Shown piece after piece: positions 26,649 through 36,118 of a stretch of DNA of 64,000 nt. Source of the stretch: an uncultured Rhodovibrionaceae bacterium (GTDB lineage Bacteria > Pseudomonadota > Alphaproteobacteria > Kiloniellales > DSM-21159). The notes under the pieces are model-generated. The model was not told the DNA's origin. It saw only the letters and a program-made list of their open reading frames with translations, and did no database searches. The translations under genes were made by a program, and so were the position numbers. Positions within the stretch are counted from its first letter, which is position 1. Each line of letters opens with the position of its first letter. The DNA lies in assembly GCA_963976695.1 (NCBI GenBank), contig CAXBMB010000003.1:27415-91414 (forward strand), read 5' to 3'.

Positions 26649-27517
26649 TGCGCACCCTATCTGATGCACTTCAACAACGAGTTCTTCTGGCCGACGGGTC
26701 GCTTTCGCGCCAGCTGCGGGCCCAGACCTTCAGTGTGGACCGGGATCTGTTCGGCGTGGAGGACTGCCTGGAGGTCCTCAATGTCACCCGCGCCAAGCTG
26801 GTGCGTGAAGCCCACCTTGCCTACCTGCGGGCCGGCGCCGACGTGATCCGCACCAATTCCCTGGGCGCATCGCCGCTCAGCTTGCGGGAAAAGGGGCTGG
26901 GAGAGCAGGCCTTCTACTTCAATTACGCGGCCGCGCAGATCGCCTGCGAGGCGGTTGATGCCGTGCCGGGGCGGGGGCGTCGACGCTTCGTTCTGGGCAT
27001 CGTGCGGGATTTCGGTTGGGATGAGAATCCGAAGACCCTGGAATCAGCCGTCGGTCTGCAGGTCGAAGGGTTGTTGGCGGGCGGCGTGGACGGCGTTGCC
27101 TTGGACCTGGTGCCGGGGACCGGACGGGCGCCCTTTTTCCTGCGCGGCGCGCTGAAGGCCAAGGCGTCGTTGAAGGCCGCCGCGCCGATCTTTCTGCAAT
27201 GCGGTCTGACGGAAAACGACTTTTCGCCGCGCAATCAGGAACTGGCCAACGGTCTGGTGCGCTTTGCGCCGGGCAAATCGCTGCGCGCCGAGCGTTTGGC
27301 CCAGGTGATCCGAGAGGACCGGATCAATCTGGTGGGCGGCGGAAGCCGACCGGAGGACACCCTGGCGCTGGATCATTTGCTGCGCGCCGAGGCCGAGGAC
27401 AGCCTGCGCCCCTATGGCGCGGTTTGGCGGGCCGAGGGCGTGGAACGGGGCGTGGAGGAGGTTACCATTCCCTCCAGTTGTCTCGATCTCGACCCGGCGG
27501 TTGCCGAGGTTTGCTAA
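26648..27517 (+). CDS. Homocysteine-S-methyltransferase-like domain protein (MetH N-terminal module homologue), with catalytic and zinc motifs degenerate
   Basis: The start overlaps the metF stop (TAATG). It is collinear with the MetH Hcy-binding module, but DGGMGT reads DGSLSR, ETNTF reads RTNSL, and GGCCGTTP reads GGGSRPED. No pterin- or B12-binding module follows. Confidence 0.6.
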   Translation: MRTLSDALQQRVLLADGSLSRQLRAQTFSVDRDLFGVEDCLEVLNVTRAKLVREAHLAYLRAGADVIRTNSLGASPLSLREKGLGEQAFYFNYAAAQIACEAVDAVPGRGRRRFVLGIVRDFGWDENPKTLESAVGLQVEGLLAGGVDGVALDLVPGTGRAPFFLRGALKAKASLKAAAPIFLQCGLTENDFSPRNQELANGLVRFAPGKSLRAERLAQVIREDRINLVGGGSRPEDTLALDHLLRAEAEDSLRPYGAVWRAEGVERGVEEVTIPSSCLDLDPAVAEVC

Positions 27518-27621
27518 TGCCTGATCGACGAAGGCCGCATCGACGAAAGCCCGATCGACGGGGAAAGCGACGCCAGGTTTTTGCGCCGCCAAGGTCGGTG
27601 GCCTGTGAACACGGGGCGCGC

Positions 27622-28245
27622 TTACCGGTCCGGTAGGTCGCGCTCGAGGACCAGGTGCCAGATGTGCCAATATTTGCTCCCCCTGGCCGTCTGCCCTGGT
27701 CCAATTTCTTCGCGCCGCTCGATAACCTTGTAGCCCGCCAGTAGCGAGTCCAGCGCCGGGCTGGAAAAGCCCAGCAGTCCGTCCTCGCTGACCCAGCTAT
27801 CGCCAGGCCCCAGCAATTGACCGCAGAAGACGCCGCCGGGCCGCAGCGCCCGGCCGATTTCCCGCCAAAGCTTGGGAAAGGCGGGCGGCGGACAAAAGGG
27901 CAAGGAAAAGCTGGCGTTGATCACGTCGCAGTCCGGCAATCTGTCCAGGTTTTCGAATCGGGCGGCGCGCCGTTCCAGACGGGGCGTCCCCCCGGCCTGG
28001 TCGCGGTGCGCCCGCACCTTGGCGGCCAAACGGCGCAAGGCGGCGGCTTCGCCGTCATAGGCCCGCACGCGCCATCCCTGTGACAGCAGTTCCAGCGTGT
28101 CCCGGCCGGTGCCGGCCCCCAGATCCAAGGCATAGCCGGGCGCGCGCTTGCGGCTGGCGCGCCAATGCCGCAGGCCGGCCAACAGCGTTGGGCGCGGCGG
28201 CTGCCCCTCGGTGGCCTGATAGTAGCTTTGCCAGCGCTCATCCAT
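27622..28245 (-). CDS. Class I SAM-dependent methyltransferase (TehB-like)
   Basis: Motif I ALDLGAGTGRDTLELL. Post-I RVRAYD. The C-terminus resembles TehB (IGPGQTARGSKYWHIWHLVLER). The start at MDERWQ overlaps the upstream gene by 8 nt. Confidence 0.75.
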   Translation of the reverse strand: MDERWQSYYQATEGQPPRPTLLAGLRHWRASRKRAPGYALDLGAGTGRDTLELLSQGWRVRAYDGEAAALRRLAAKVRAHRDQAGGTPRLERRAARFENLDRLPDCDVINASFSLPFCPPPAFPKLWREIGRALRPGGVFCGQLLGPGDSWVSEDGLLGFSSPALDSLLAGYKVIERREEIGPGQTARGSKYWHIWHLVLERDLPDR

Positions 28246-28894
28246 GATCGTCGGGTCCGCCGGGCCGCCCGGGCGCGGCAAGCGGCGCGGGATCGTTGAA
28301 GGCGCGGTGGGCGGCGAGGATCCGGCTTAAGGTGGTGATCCAGCAGAGCGCGCCGAACAGGTAGGCGGCGGGCACGAAGCTGCCCGGCGCCAGACTGATG
28401 AAGACGAACAGCGCGATGGTCTCGCTGCCCTCGGTCAGTCCCCCCAGATAATACAGCGACTTGGAGCCGCGGATTTCGGTTGTCAGGCCGCGCTTGGCGG
28501 CGATGATGGCGTAGGCGAGAAAGGAACTTCCGGTGCCGCTGAACGACCAGATCAGAAACAGCGCGGCATAGAGATTTGCCGGATCCTGCAGGGCGAAGCC
28601 GACCACCACGCCGGAGTAGAAAATGAAATCCAACACCACATCGAGGTAGCCGCCGAAATCACTTTTGCCGACCTGCCGCGCCACCGCCCCGTCGAGCCCG
28701 TCGAACAGTCGGTTCAGCAAGATCAAGCCCAAGCCCCACAGCGTCTGCCCGCTGGCCAGCAACGGCAAGGCGGCCAAGCCCAGGGCGAAGCCGACAAGGG
28801 TGATCTGGTTCGCACTCACGCCAAGCTTGGCCACACGCTGGCCCAGCCGGGTCAACGTGGGGTCGATCAGGCGACGCATGAAGGCGTCCATCAT
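28238..28894 (-). CDS. CDP-alcohol phosphatidyltransferase family membrane protein
   Basis: Signature DGLDGAVAR....GGYLDVVLD (D-G-x2-A-R...G-x3-D-x3-D). Multiple TM segments. The start at MMDAFMRRL fits. Confidence 0.8.
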   Translation of the reverse strand: MMDAFMRRLIDPTLTRLGQRVAKLGVSANQITLVGFALGLAALPLLASGQTLWGLGLILLNRLFDGLDGAVARQVGKSDFGGYLDVVLDFIFYSGVVVGFALQDPANLYAALFLIWSFSGTGSSFLAYAIIAAKRGLTTEIRGSKSLYYLGGLTEGSETIALFVFISLAPGSFVPAAYLFGALCWITTLSRILAAHRAFNDPAPLAAPGRPGGPDDHG

Positions 28895-29074
28895 GGGAAA
28901 ATACCATTCCTTTCTGTGTTGACCGGCCGCGCGGCGGCGTCTGTCCAGACGGCGCGCGATGCGGCGCTCTAAAGCTTTGACGGCCTCCTTGCTTTTCCGC
29001 CGCGCCCCGAATTGGCGTGCCAAACTCGGCGCCGGCGGCGGTCTGGCTCCGGGGCTGCCAGACCTCGGAAAAGC

Positions 29075-29088
29075 TTGACCTAAGTCAA
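29075..29088. promoter_or_regulatory. FNR/FixK-type anaerobox TTGAC-N4-GTCAA upstream of hemN
   Basis: ttgacctaagtcaa, centred 42 nt upstream of the hemN ATG. Confidence 0.7.
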
Positions 29089-29123
29089 AGACGCGCCGGC
29101 GGCATTGGGGTTATTAAAAGGTC

Positions 29124-30488
29124 ATGCTTGACAAAATCATCGCCAAATACGACCGGCCCGTGCCGCGCTACACCAGCTATCCCACGGCCCCGCACTTTCA
29201 TCAAGGCGTGGACGCGACCTGCTATGGCGGGTGGCTGCGTCAACTGCCCAAGGCGCAACATCTGTCGCTCTATTTTCATGTGCCTTTCTGCGACACGCTT
29301 TGCTATTTCTGTGGCTGCAATATGCGGGTGGTGCGACGTTATGAGCCGGTGGCGGCCTACATTGAACTGCTGCTGGCCGAGCTGAAGCTGGTGGGCCGGG
29401 AACTGGGCACCGGGCCGGGAGCGGGGCGTCGGCCACTCGAGCACCTGCATTTCGGCGGCGGTTCGCCCAGCATGGTGGCGCCCGATGATCTGCGTCGGCT
29501 GGGCGCGGCGATCTGGAGCCATTTCGACGCCACCGAACGGGCTGAGCTGGCCATTGAGGTGGACCCTCGCGATCTTGCCGACGAAACCGTGGCCGCGCTG
29601 GCCGATATGGGCATCAACCGGGCCTCGATCGGCGTGCAGGACGTGAACGAAGATGTCCAGAAAGCCTGTAACCGTATTCAGCCGCCGGAGGTGACGGCGT
29701 CGGCGGTCAACCGACTTCGCGCGGTGGGCATTTCGGCCATCAACCTGGATCTGATGTATGGTTTGCCGCTGCAAACGGTGGCCGGGGTGACGCGCTCCGT
29801 CCAGGTCGCTCTGGAGCTGAATCCCAATCGCGTTTCGCTGTTCGGCTACGCCCACGTGCCGCATATGAAAAAGCATCAATTGCTGATGCCGGTCGAGGCC
29901 TTGCCCGACACCGAGGAACGTTTCGCGCAGGCTGAGATGGCCGCCGATCTCCTGGTAAAGGCGGGCTATCGACGTATTGGCCTCGATCATTTCGCCCGCG
30001 CCGACGACGACATGGCCTTGGCCCTGGACGAGGGCAAGTTGCATCGGAATTTTCAAGGCTACACCACCGACGCCGCCCCGGCCTTGATCGGCCTGGGCGC
30101 GTCGGCCATTGGCTCCCTGCCCCAGGGGTACCAGCAAAACCATGTCAGCCTGCCCGAGTATCGCAAGGCCGTGCAGGCCGGGATTCTGCCGGTGGCCCGC
30201 GGGGTCGCGGTTGACGCGGAAGACCGCCATCGCCGCAGCATCATCGAAGGCATTATGTGCGATCTGGCGGTGGACCTGGCGGAGGTGGCCGCCGGCCATC
30301 CGGACCACAGCCTGGACCTGACAAAGGAAAAAGCCCAGTTGGCGGCCCTTGCCCAGGACGGCATGATCATCTGGGACGGCAACCGGCTGCAGGTTACCGA
30401 GGCGGGCCGGCCGCTGGTCCGCACCATCGCCGCGGTCTTTGACAGCTATTTGAAGCCCGGTGAAGGCCGCCACGCCCGCGCGATCTAG
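29124..30488 (+). CDS. hemN: Oxygen-independent coproporphyrinogen III oxidase (radical SAM)
   Basis: PRYTSYPTAPHF. Radical-SAM cluster motif CDTLCYFCGC. 454 aa with a HemN C-terminal domain. Confidence 0.9.
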   Translation: MLDKIIAKYDRPVPRYTSYPTAPHFHQGVDATCYGGWLRQLPKAQHLSLYFHVPFCDTLCYFCGCNMRVVRRYEPVAAYIELLLAELKLVGRELGTGPGAGRRPLEHLHFGGGSPSMVAPDDLRRLGAAIWSHFDATERAELAIEVDPRDLADETVAALADMGINRASIGVQDVNEDVQKACNRIQPPEVTASAVNRLRAVGISAINLDLMYGLPLQTVAGVTRSVQVALELNPNRVSLFGYAHVPHMKKHQLLMPVEALPDTEERFAQAEMAADLLVKAGYRRIGLDHFARADDDMALALDEGKLHRNFQGYTTDAAPALIGLGASAIGSLPQGYQQNHVSLPEYRKAVQAGILPVARGVAVDAEDRHRRSIIEGIMCDLAVDLAEVAAGHPDHSLDLTKEKAQLAALAQDGMIIWDGNRLQVTEAGRPLVRTIAAVFDSYLKPGEGRHARAI

Positions 30489-30630
30489 AGTCGGCGGGTC
30501 GGGTTAAATCGACTCACAACGTGATCCCGTTTGAACCGCGCCGCCGTCTCCCCGATAGGCCGCCGCCCCCGATAGATAGAAGGGGGCTTGGCGACAGCGC
30601 CCAAGCGCGGCATTCCAAGTTGATCCAACT

Positions 30631-31110
30631 TTAGTGATCGTTGTCGGCCAGTCGCTTGGCCGCCGCCGGCAGCATGGTCGGCTCCAAGGCGCAGCGGCTG
30701 CGTGGCGCGCGCGCGCCGCAGGGTGTGGGCTGGCGCGGCGAGCAGGCGACACAGGGCCCGTCGGCGATCATGCGCTTGATTGACTCCCGCAGTTTTTCAC
30801 TGAAGGCCGGGCGGGTCGCGGCCACTTCCTCGGCGCTGCGCTGCAGCAGGACGATACAAGGGGGCAACCACTTGGCTTGCTGTTCGTCGGCGTCGTGCGG
30901 CTGGGCCGCCGGCAGGCGGTGTGACTGGTTCGCCGCGCCATCCTGTTTCAATTCAACCAAACTGTCCCGCGCCGTGGCGGCAAGCTCTGCGGAGCGTCGC
31001 TCGAACGGCGGCGGGGTTTGCCCGGTGGTCTTCGGCTCACTTTTTTGGGTGCTGAACCTATCGCTGGTTTTAGCGTCGTAATGCCTAAGCCGCGATGCAG
31101 ATGTTGCCAT
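30631..31110 (-). CDS. Hypothetical protein with a basic, disordered N-terminus and a Cys-rich C-terminus
   Basis: 159-aa ORF with gene-like GC3 in its second half. Cysteines lie at PPC, GPCVAC, TPC and SRC. I recognise no family and no clear RBS. Confidence 0.4.
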   Translation of the reverse strand: MATSASRLRHYDAKTSDRFSTQKSEPKTTGQTPPPFERRSAELAATARDSLVELKQDGAANQSHRLPAAQPHDADEQQAKWLPPCIVLLQRSAEEVAATRPAFSEKLRESIKRMIADGPCVACSPRQPTPCGARAPRSRCALEPTMLPAAAKRLADNDH

Positions 31111-31347
31111 GGGTCAACTTCTCAACATTTGCTTTTGAGAAAACCTGAACGCACGGGGGGTGTGATCAGAACGGGAGGAGCGGATATCGTCGGTTTGCGC
31201 CAAACCAGGGCAAGCGACCGTTTTGTTTCCCTGCGACGCGCGCCGCCAAAAGAAGCACACTTCTACATACAGATACATACAGAAATATCGCGGCGGAACC
31301 ATGATAATGGAAATCTTGTGACCTTTGGCCGCAGAAATTTTCGGCCC

Positions 31348-32895
31348 TCAAGCCCGGTTGTCGGACAATCGGGCTAACTCTGCCTCGGCCAACGTTTTAC
31401 CGCCTTGTTCCCCGGTTTTGGTGCGCCGCACCGCGTCATGCCAGCCAGCCAGTTGTTGGCGGCGCACGCCGGCGTCGATGCGCGGATTGAAACTCGCATC
31501 CTGCCGCCACTGTCCGGCCAGATCTTCCAGTGATCGGTAGTAACCAGCCTGCAGACCGGCCAGATAGGCGGCGCCCAGCGCCGTGGTCTCGCTGACCATC
31601 GGGCGTTGCACCGGCAAGTCAAGCGTGTCGGCGAGGAATTGCAACAGCCAGTCGTTGGCCACCATGCCGCCATCCACCTTCAGGGTTTTGGGCCGCACGC
31701 CGTCTTCGGCCATGGCCTGGAAAAGATCGTAGGTTTGGTAGCAGACCGACTCCAGCGCGGCGCGAACCAGTTCCGCCACCCCGGTATCTCTGGTCAGGCC
31801 AAAGAGCGCGCCGCGGGCTTCCGAGTCCCAGTGCGGCGCGCCCAGTCCGGTGAAGGCCGGCACCAGATAGACGCCTTGATTGCTGGCCAGGGAGCGGGCC
31901 AGAGCTTCGGTTTCGGCGGCGCTGGAGATGATCTTCAAGCCGTCGCGCAGCCACTGCACCGCCGCGCCGGAAACGAAGATCGAGCCTTCGATGGCATAGG
32001 TGGTCTGGCCGTTCAGCCGGTAGCAGATGGTGGTCAACAGCCGGTTCTTCGAGGTGATCGCCTGGTCGCCGGTGTTGAGCAGCACGAAGCAGCCGGTGCC
32101 GTAGGTGCTCTTGATGCTGCCCGGTTCGAAGCAGGCCTGGCCGATGGCGGCGGCCTGCTGGTCGCCAGCGATGCCGAGGATCGGAATCTCCCGCCCAAAC
32201 AGCCGGGGATCGGTCCTGCCGAAGTCGGCGGCGCAATCCTTGACAGTTGGCAGAACCGACGGGGGCACCTTGAACAGCGCCAGCAACTCCGGGTCCCAAC
32301 GGTTGTCGCGAATATTGAACAGGTTGGTGCGGCTGGCGTTGGTGGCGTCGGTGGCGTGAACCTTGCCCCCGGTCAACCGCCAGAGCAGGAAAGAATCCAC
32401 GGTGCCGAAGGCCAATTCGCCCTTGTCGGCCTGCTGGCGGGCGTTTTCCACCCGATCCAGGATCCAAGCAACCTTGGTTGCGGAAAAGTAGGGGTCAATC
32501 AGCAGGCCGGTCTTGGCGCTGACCATCGGTTCCGCGCCGGCCTCGCGCAGCTTGCGGCAGGCTTCCGAGGTCCGGCGATCCTGCCAGACGATGGCCTTGT
32601 AAAGCGCCTTGCCGGTCTTGCGATTCCACACCAGGGTTGTTTCGCGCTGATTGGTGATGCCAATCGCCGCCACTTTGAAGCCCTTGCTTTCGGCCTCGGA
32701 CAGCGCCTGTCGACTGACCTCCAGCGTGCTGTTCCAGATGTCCTCGGGCTCATGTTCGACCCAGCCGTCGGAGGGGTAGTGCTGCTGGAATTCCTGCTGC
32801 GCCGTGGAGACCGAGCGCCCCTGCTTGTCAAAGACGATGGCGCGCGAGGAGGTGGTGCCTTGATCAATCGCCAGGATGCAGTCCTTGTCGCTCAT
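31348..32895 (-). CDS. glpK: Glycerol kinase
   Basis: FGGY kinase: [37 protein letters not shown]. Start at MSDKD; the ORF extends 5 codons further upstream. Confidence 0.92.
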   Translation of the reverse strand: MSDKDCILAIDQGTTSSRAIVFDKQGRSVSTAQQEFQQHYPSDGWVEHEPEDIWNSTLEVSRQALSEAESKGFKVAAIGITNQRETTLVWNRKTGKALYKAIVWQDRRTSEACRKLREAGAEPMVSAKTGLLIDPYFSATKVAWILDRVENARQQADKGELAFGTVDSFLLWRLTGGKVHATDATNASRTNLFNIRDNRWDPELLALFKVPPSVLPTVKDCAADFGRTDPRLFGREIPILGIAGDQQAAAIGQACFEPGSIKSTYGTGCFVLLNTGDQAITSKNRLLTTICYRLNGQTTYAIEGSIFVSGAAVQWLRDGLKIISSAAETEALARSLASNQGVYLVPAFTGLGAPHWDSEARGALFGLTRDTGVAELVRAALESVCYQTYDLFQAMAEDGVRPKTLKVDGGMVANDWLLQFLADTLDLPVQRPMVSETTALGAAYLAGLQAGYYRSLEDLAGQWRQDASFNPRIDAGVRRQQLAGWHDAVRRTKTGEQGGKTLAEAELARLSDNRA

Positions 32896-33198
32896 GCTCT
32901 TTCCCCTCACAGCTTGTTACAGCTTGCGCCCGTTGCAATCAGCAGGCCGCGCCGGTTCGATGGTCGTCGCTGGTTTCTGCTTGGCGCGTCATTTTCCTGC
33001 GCGGCCAAAAAAAACCGAAACCAGCTTTTGCAGGGATAGTTGCTCCTGTAAAGTTCATTTCCGAAAATAACTGAACCCGCTGGTCAAAGGCGCGTTGCGC
33101 GCCATCACCGGACCAGGCTTGGCGGCGGTGGTCGATCTTTGCTGGACGACGCCATGACCCGCTTATGGCGGGAGGGTGGAAAGGGGAACAGACCAACC

Positions 33199-33966
33199 GT
33201 GAATGACATCAGCCCAAGAATGGGAAAGATTTTGCACCTGGTGCGCGCGCAGGGGTTCGTCAGCATTGAAGCCTTGGCCGAACGCTTCAAGGTCACGCCG
33301 CAAACCGTGCGCCGCGACATCAACGCGCTCTGTGATCAGGATCTTTTGCGACGCTACCACGGCGGCGCCGGCCTGCCGTCGTCGGTGGAAAACGCGCCCT
33401 ACGGCGCCCGTCAGGTGATGAACCTGACGGAAAAGAGCGCCATCGCCTACGAACTGGCCAAGCACATTCCCAACCGCGCCTCGCTGTTCATCAACATCGG
33501 CACCACCACCGAGGCGGTGGCCCAGGCTTTGCTCCAGCATGAGGGGCTGCGCATCATCACCAACAACCTCAATGTGGCGTCGATCTTGAGCGGAAACCCC
33601 GACTTTGAGGTCATCCTGGCCGGCGGCGTGGTGCGGTCGCGCGACCGGGGGATCGTCGGCGAGGCGACCATCGACCTGATTCGGCAATTTAAAGTCGACT
33701 ACGGCATCATCGGGATTTCCTGCGTCGAGGAGGACGGAACGTTGCTGGACTACGACTACCGGGAAGTTCGCGTCGCCCAGGCGATTATCGGCAACTCCCG
33801 CAAGGTGATCCTGGTTGCCGACCACTCGAAATTCAACCGCACCGCCATGGTGCGGCTGGGGCATATCTCGCAGGTTGACATGCTGATTACCGACAAACGA
33901 CCGCTCGCCTCGATGGTCAAGCTGTTGGCGGACGGCGCCGTCGAATTGGCGGTGGCTGGCCGCTAG
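33199..33966 (+). CDS. glpR: DeoR-family glycerol-3-phosphate regulon repressor
   Basis: RMGKILHLVRAQGFVSIEALAERFKVTPQTVRRDINALCDQDLLRRYHGGA is collinear with E. coli GlpR. The GTG at 33199 is preferred by alignment. ATGs at 33139 and 33154 are also possible. Confidence 0.85.
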   Translation: MNDISPRMGKILHLVRAQGFVSIEALAERFKVTPQTVRRDINALCDQDLLRRYHGGAGLPSSVENAPYGARQVMNLTEKSAIAYELAKHIPNRASLFINIGTTTEAVAQALLQHEGLRIITNNLNVASILSGNPDFEVILAGGVVRSRDRGIVGEATIDLIRQFKVDYGIIGISCVEEDGTLLDYDYREVRVAQAIIGNSRKVILVADHSKFNRTAMVRLGHISQVDMLITDKRPLASMVKLLADGAVELAVAGR

Positions 33967-34041
33967 CGTGCGATGTCGCGCTAGCCGGGCCCGCCGACTT
34001 CGGCCCGGGCTGCCGCCGTTCGGTGCGGCGACAGCTGAGGC

Positions 34042-34120
34042 TTCGAACAGTATTCTAGAAAATTTCAGGATGTTTTTGTTCGAATGAACTTTGGCTCGGA
34101 CCGGTTGCGCCGGGTTCGAA
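34042..34120. promoter_or_regulatory. Array of TTCGAA / TTCTAGAA palindromic cores between glpR and glpD; candidate GlpR operators
   Basis: TTCGAA at 34042, 34079 and 34115, spaced 37 and 36 bp. TTCTAGAA at 34053. Confidence 0.35.
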
Positions 34121-34253
34121 GCGACGCTGGCCGGGGTTTTTGCGTCGGGAAAGCCGCGGCCGCGCCGCAAGGGTCTGGCTCCGCGGGGCCGGACGGGGTA
34201 ATGGGCGATGGCGTGAGAAACTATCATTAGATTAATCAATTAGTTGGTAAAAT

Positions 34254-34271
34254 GTTGATCGATCGATCAAC
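34254..34271. promoter_or_regulatory. 18-bp perfect palindrome GTTGATCGATCGATCAAC in the AT-rich glpD upstream region
   Basis: Read directly. It contains three overlapping GATC/ATCGAT palindromes and lies about 345 nt upstream of glpD. Confidence 0.4.
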
Positions 34272-34615
34272 GTCGGAATCGGCGGGCCCGCGCGCGGCAA
34301 AATGGATTTTTTTTGCCCGGACGATGCCTTATAAATCAACAACCTGAAGGATTTCTTCGGCCGGTTCCGGTCGGTTGTTGGGGCTTGGGCGTCGATTTTC
34401 ATATCCGAACATTTTTTTTCATATATAATCATGGTCGAGATAGCAGGTGGGATGCCCGCGACGCAGAGAGCTGCGCAAGACAGCCTCTGATTCACCCCGA
34501 ATACAGGGTGCTTGACGACAGAAGCGAAGCGCCAAGCGCTTCTTTTCGTCGTCGATCACAGACTGAGGGTGGCGCGGAGTTGGATGGTTTTCAGGTCTAA
34601 TTTGGGACAGTAAGA

Positions 34616-36118
34616 ATGATGGCGCGTGCAGCGCAGGGCGAGATATTTGACCTGGTGGTCATCGGCGGCGGCATCAATGGCGTGGGTATCGCCAGGGACG
34701 CCGCCGGCCGTGGTTTGAAGGTCCTGGTTTGTGAAAAGAACGACTTGGCCAGCGCCACCTCGTCGGCCTCCACCAAGTTGATTCACGGTGGGCTGCGGTA
34801 TTTGGAATACTATGAGTTTCGGTTGGTGCGTGAAGCGCTGGTGGAGCGCGAGGTGCTGCTGCGGGCCGCCCCGCACATCATCCGGCCGCTGCGCTTTGTT
34901 CTGCCGCATGTCAAGGCGCTCCGACCGGCCTGGATGGTGCGGCTCGGCCTGTTCCTTTACGACCACTTGGGGGGGCGCAAGATCCTGCCCGGCACCCGCA
35001 GCGTCAATTTTCGCCGCGACCCCACCGGGGTCTGCCTGCGTGACGACATCACCCGGGGGTTCGAATATTCAGACTGTTGGGTCGACGATGCCCGCCTGGT
35101 GGTTCTCAACGCCCTGGACGCGGTTGAGCGCGGGGCGAAAGTCTTGACCCGCACCGCCTGCACCCGGGCGGAGCGGGAAGCCGACCTGTGGCGGGTCGAC
35201 CTGAAGCCCGAGGACGGCGCGGCCTTCCAGGTCCGCGCGCGGGCCTTGATCAATGCCGGCGGGCCTTGGGTCAGCGATATTCTCGGCAAGGTTATCCACG
35301 TCAATCGACCGGCGGGACTGCGCCTGGTCAAGGGCTCCCATTTGGTGGTGCCGCGTTTCTATGAAGGCGCCCAGGCCTATATCTTCCAAAATGAAGACCG
35401 CCGGATTGTTTTTACCATTCCCTATGAGCAGCATTTCACCCTGGTGGGGACTACCGACCTGCCTTATGTGGGCGATCCCGCCAAGGTGGCGATCGACGAG
35501 GATGAAATCGCCTATCTGCTGACGTCGGTCAACAGCTACTTCAAAAAGCAAATTCACTGCGCCGACGTGGTTTGGACGTATTCGGGGGTGCGGCCGCTCT
35601 ATGATGACCAAAGCGCCAATGTGTCCGCCGTGACGCGCGACTACGTCTTCGATATTGACAGCGGCAACGGGCAAGCGCCGCTGCTGTCGGTTTTCGGTGG
35701 AAAACTAACCACCTATCGCAAGCTGGCCGAACATGCCCTGGGCAAGCTGCAACCCTTGATGGGCTTTTCCGCCAACACCTGGACGGTCACCGGAACCTTG
35801 CCGGGCGGGGACATGCCCGACGCCGATTTCGAAGCTTTCCTGGGATCGATTCAAAAGCGCTATCATTGGTTGCCGGCGAATCTGCTGCGCCGCTACGCCC
35901 GTGCCTATGGTACGCGTATTGAGGTACTGTTGAAGGATAAAACCTCGCTGAGCGACCTGGGCGAGGACTTCGGTGAGGGAATTTATGAAGCGGAACTGGC
36001 CTATCTGATTGAAAAGGAATGGCTGCGTACCGCTGACGATCTGTTGTGGCGGCGCTCCAAGCTGGGGTTGCACGTGAGCGATGAAACCAAGGAACGGCTC
36101 AGGGCGCGGCTGAAATAA
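34616..36118 (+). CDS. glpD: Aerobic glycerol-3-phosphate dehydrogenase (FAD)
   Basis: FAD motif DLVVIGGGINGVGIARDAAGRGL. 500 aa, collinear with GlpD. Confidence 0.92.
   Translation: MMARAAQGEIFDLVVIGGGINGVGIARDAAGRGLKVLVCEKNDLASATSSASTKLIHGGLRYLEYYEFRLVREALVEREVLLRAAPHIIRPLRFVLPHVKALRPAWMVRLGLFLYDHLGGRKILPGTRSVNFRRDPTGVCLRDDITRGFEYSDCWVDDARLVVLNALDAVERGAKVLTRTACTRAEREADLWRVDLKPEDGAAFQVRARALINAGGPWVSDILGKVIHVNRPAGLRLVKGSHLVVPRFYEGAQAYIFQNEDRRIVFTIPYEQHFTLVGTTDLPYVGDPAKVAIDEDEIAYLLTSVNSYFKKQIHCADVVWTYSGVRPLYDDQSANVSAVTRDYVFDIDSGNGQAPLLSVFGGKLTTYRKLAEHALGKLQPLMGFSANTWTVTGTLPGGDMPDADFEAFLGSIQKRYHWLPANLLRRYARAYGTRIEVLLKDKTSLSDLGEDFGEGIYEAELAYLIEKEWLRTADDLLWRRSKLGLHVSDETKERLRARLK

Noticed and set aside
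28238-28894. The CDP-alcohol phosphatidyltransferase as phosphatidylcholine synthase (Pcs), given the choline theme.
   Set aside because: Beyond the shared family motif, the sequence does not resemble rhizobial Pcs by eye. The gene is 10 kb from the choline island with unrelated neighbours. I kept it only as a generic family call.
34100-34125. GGTTCGAA (T-loop-like) motifs at about 34113 and about 35051 as possible tRNA genes.
   Set aside because: No acceptor, D or anticodon arms can be drawn around them. The second lies inside glpD. I recognised no tRNA, rRNA, tmRNA or RNase P features anywhere in the window.
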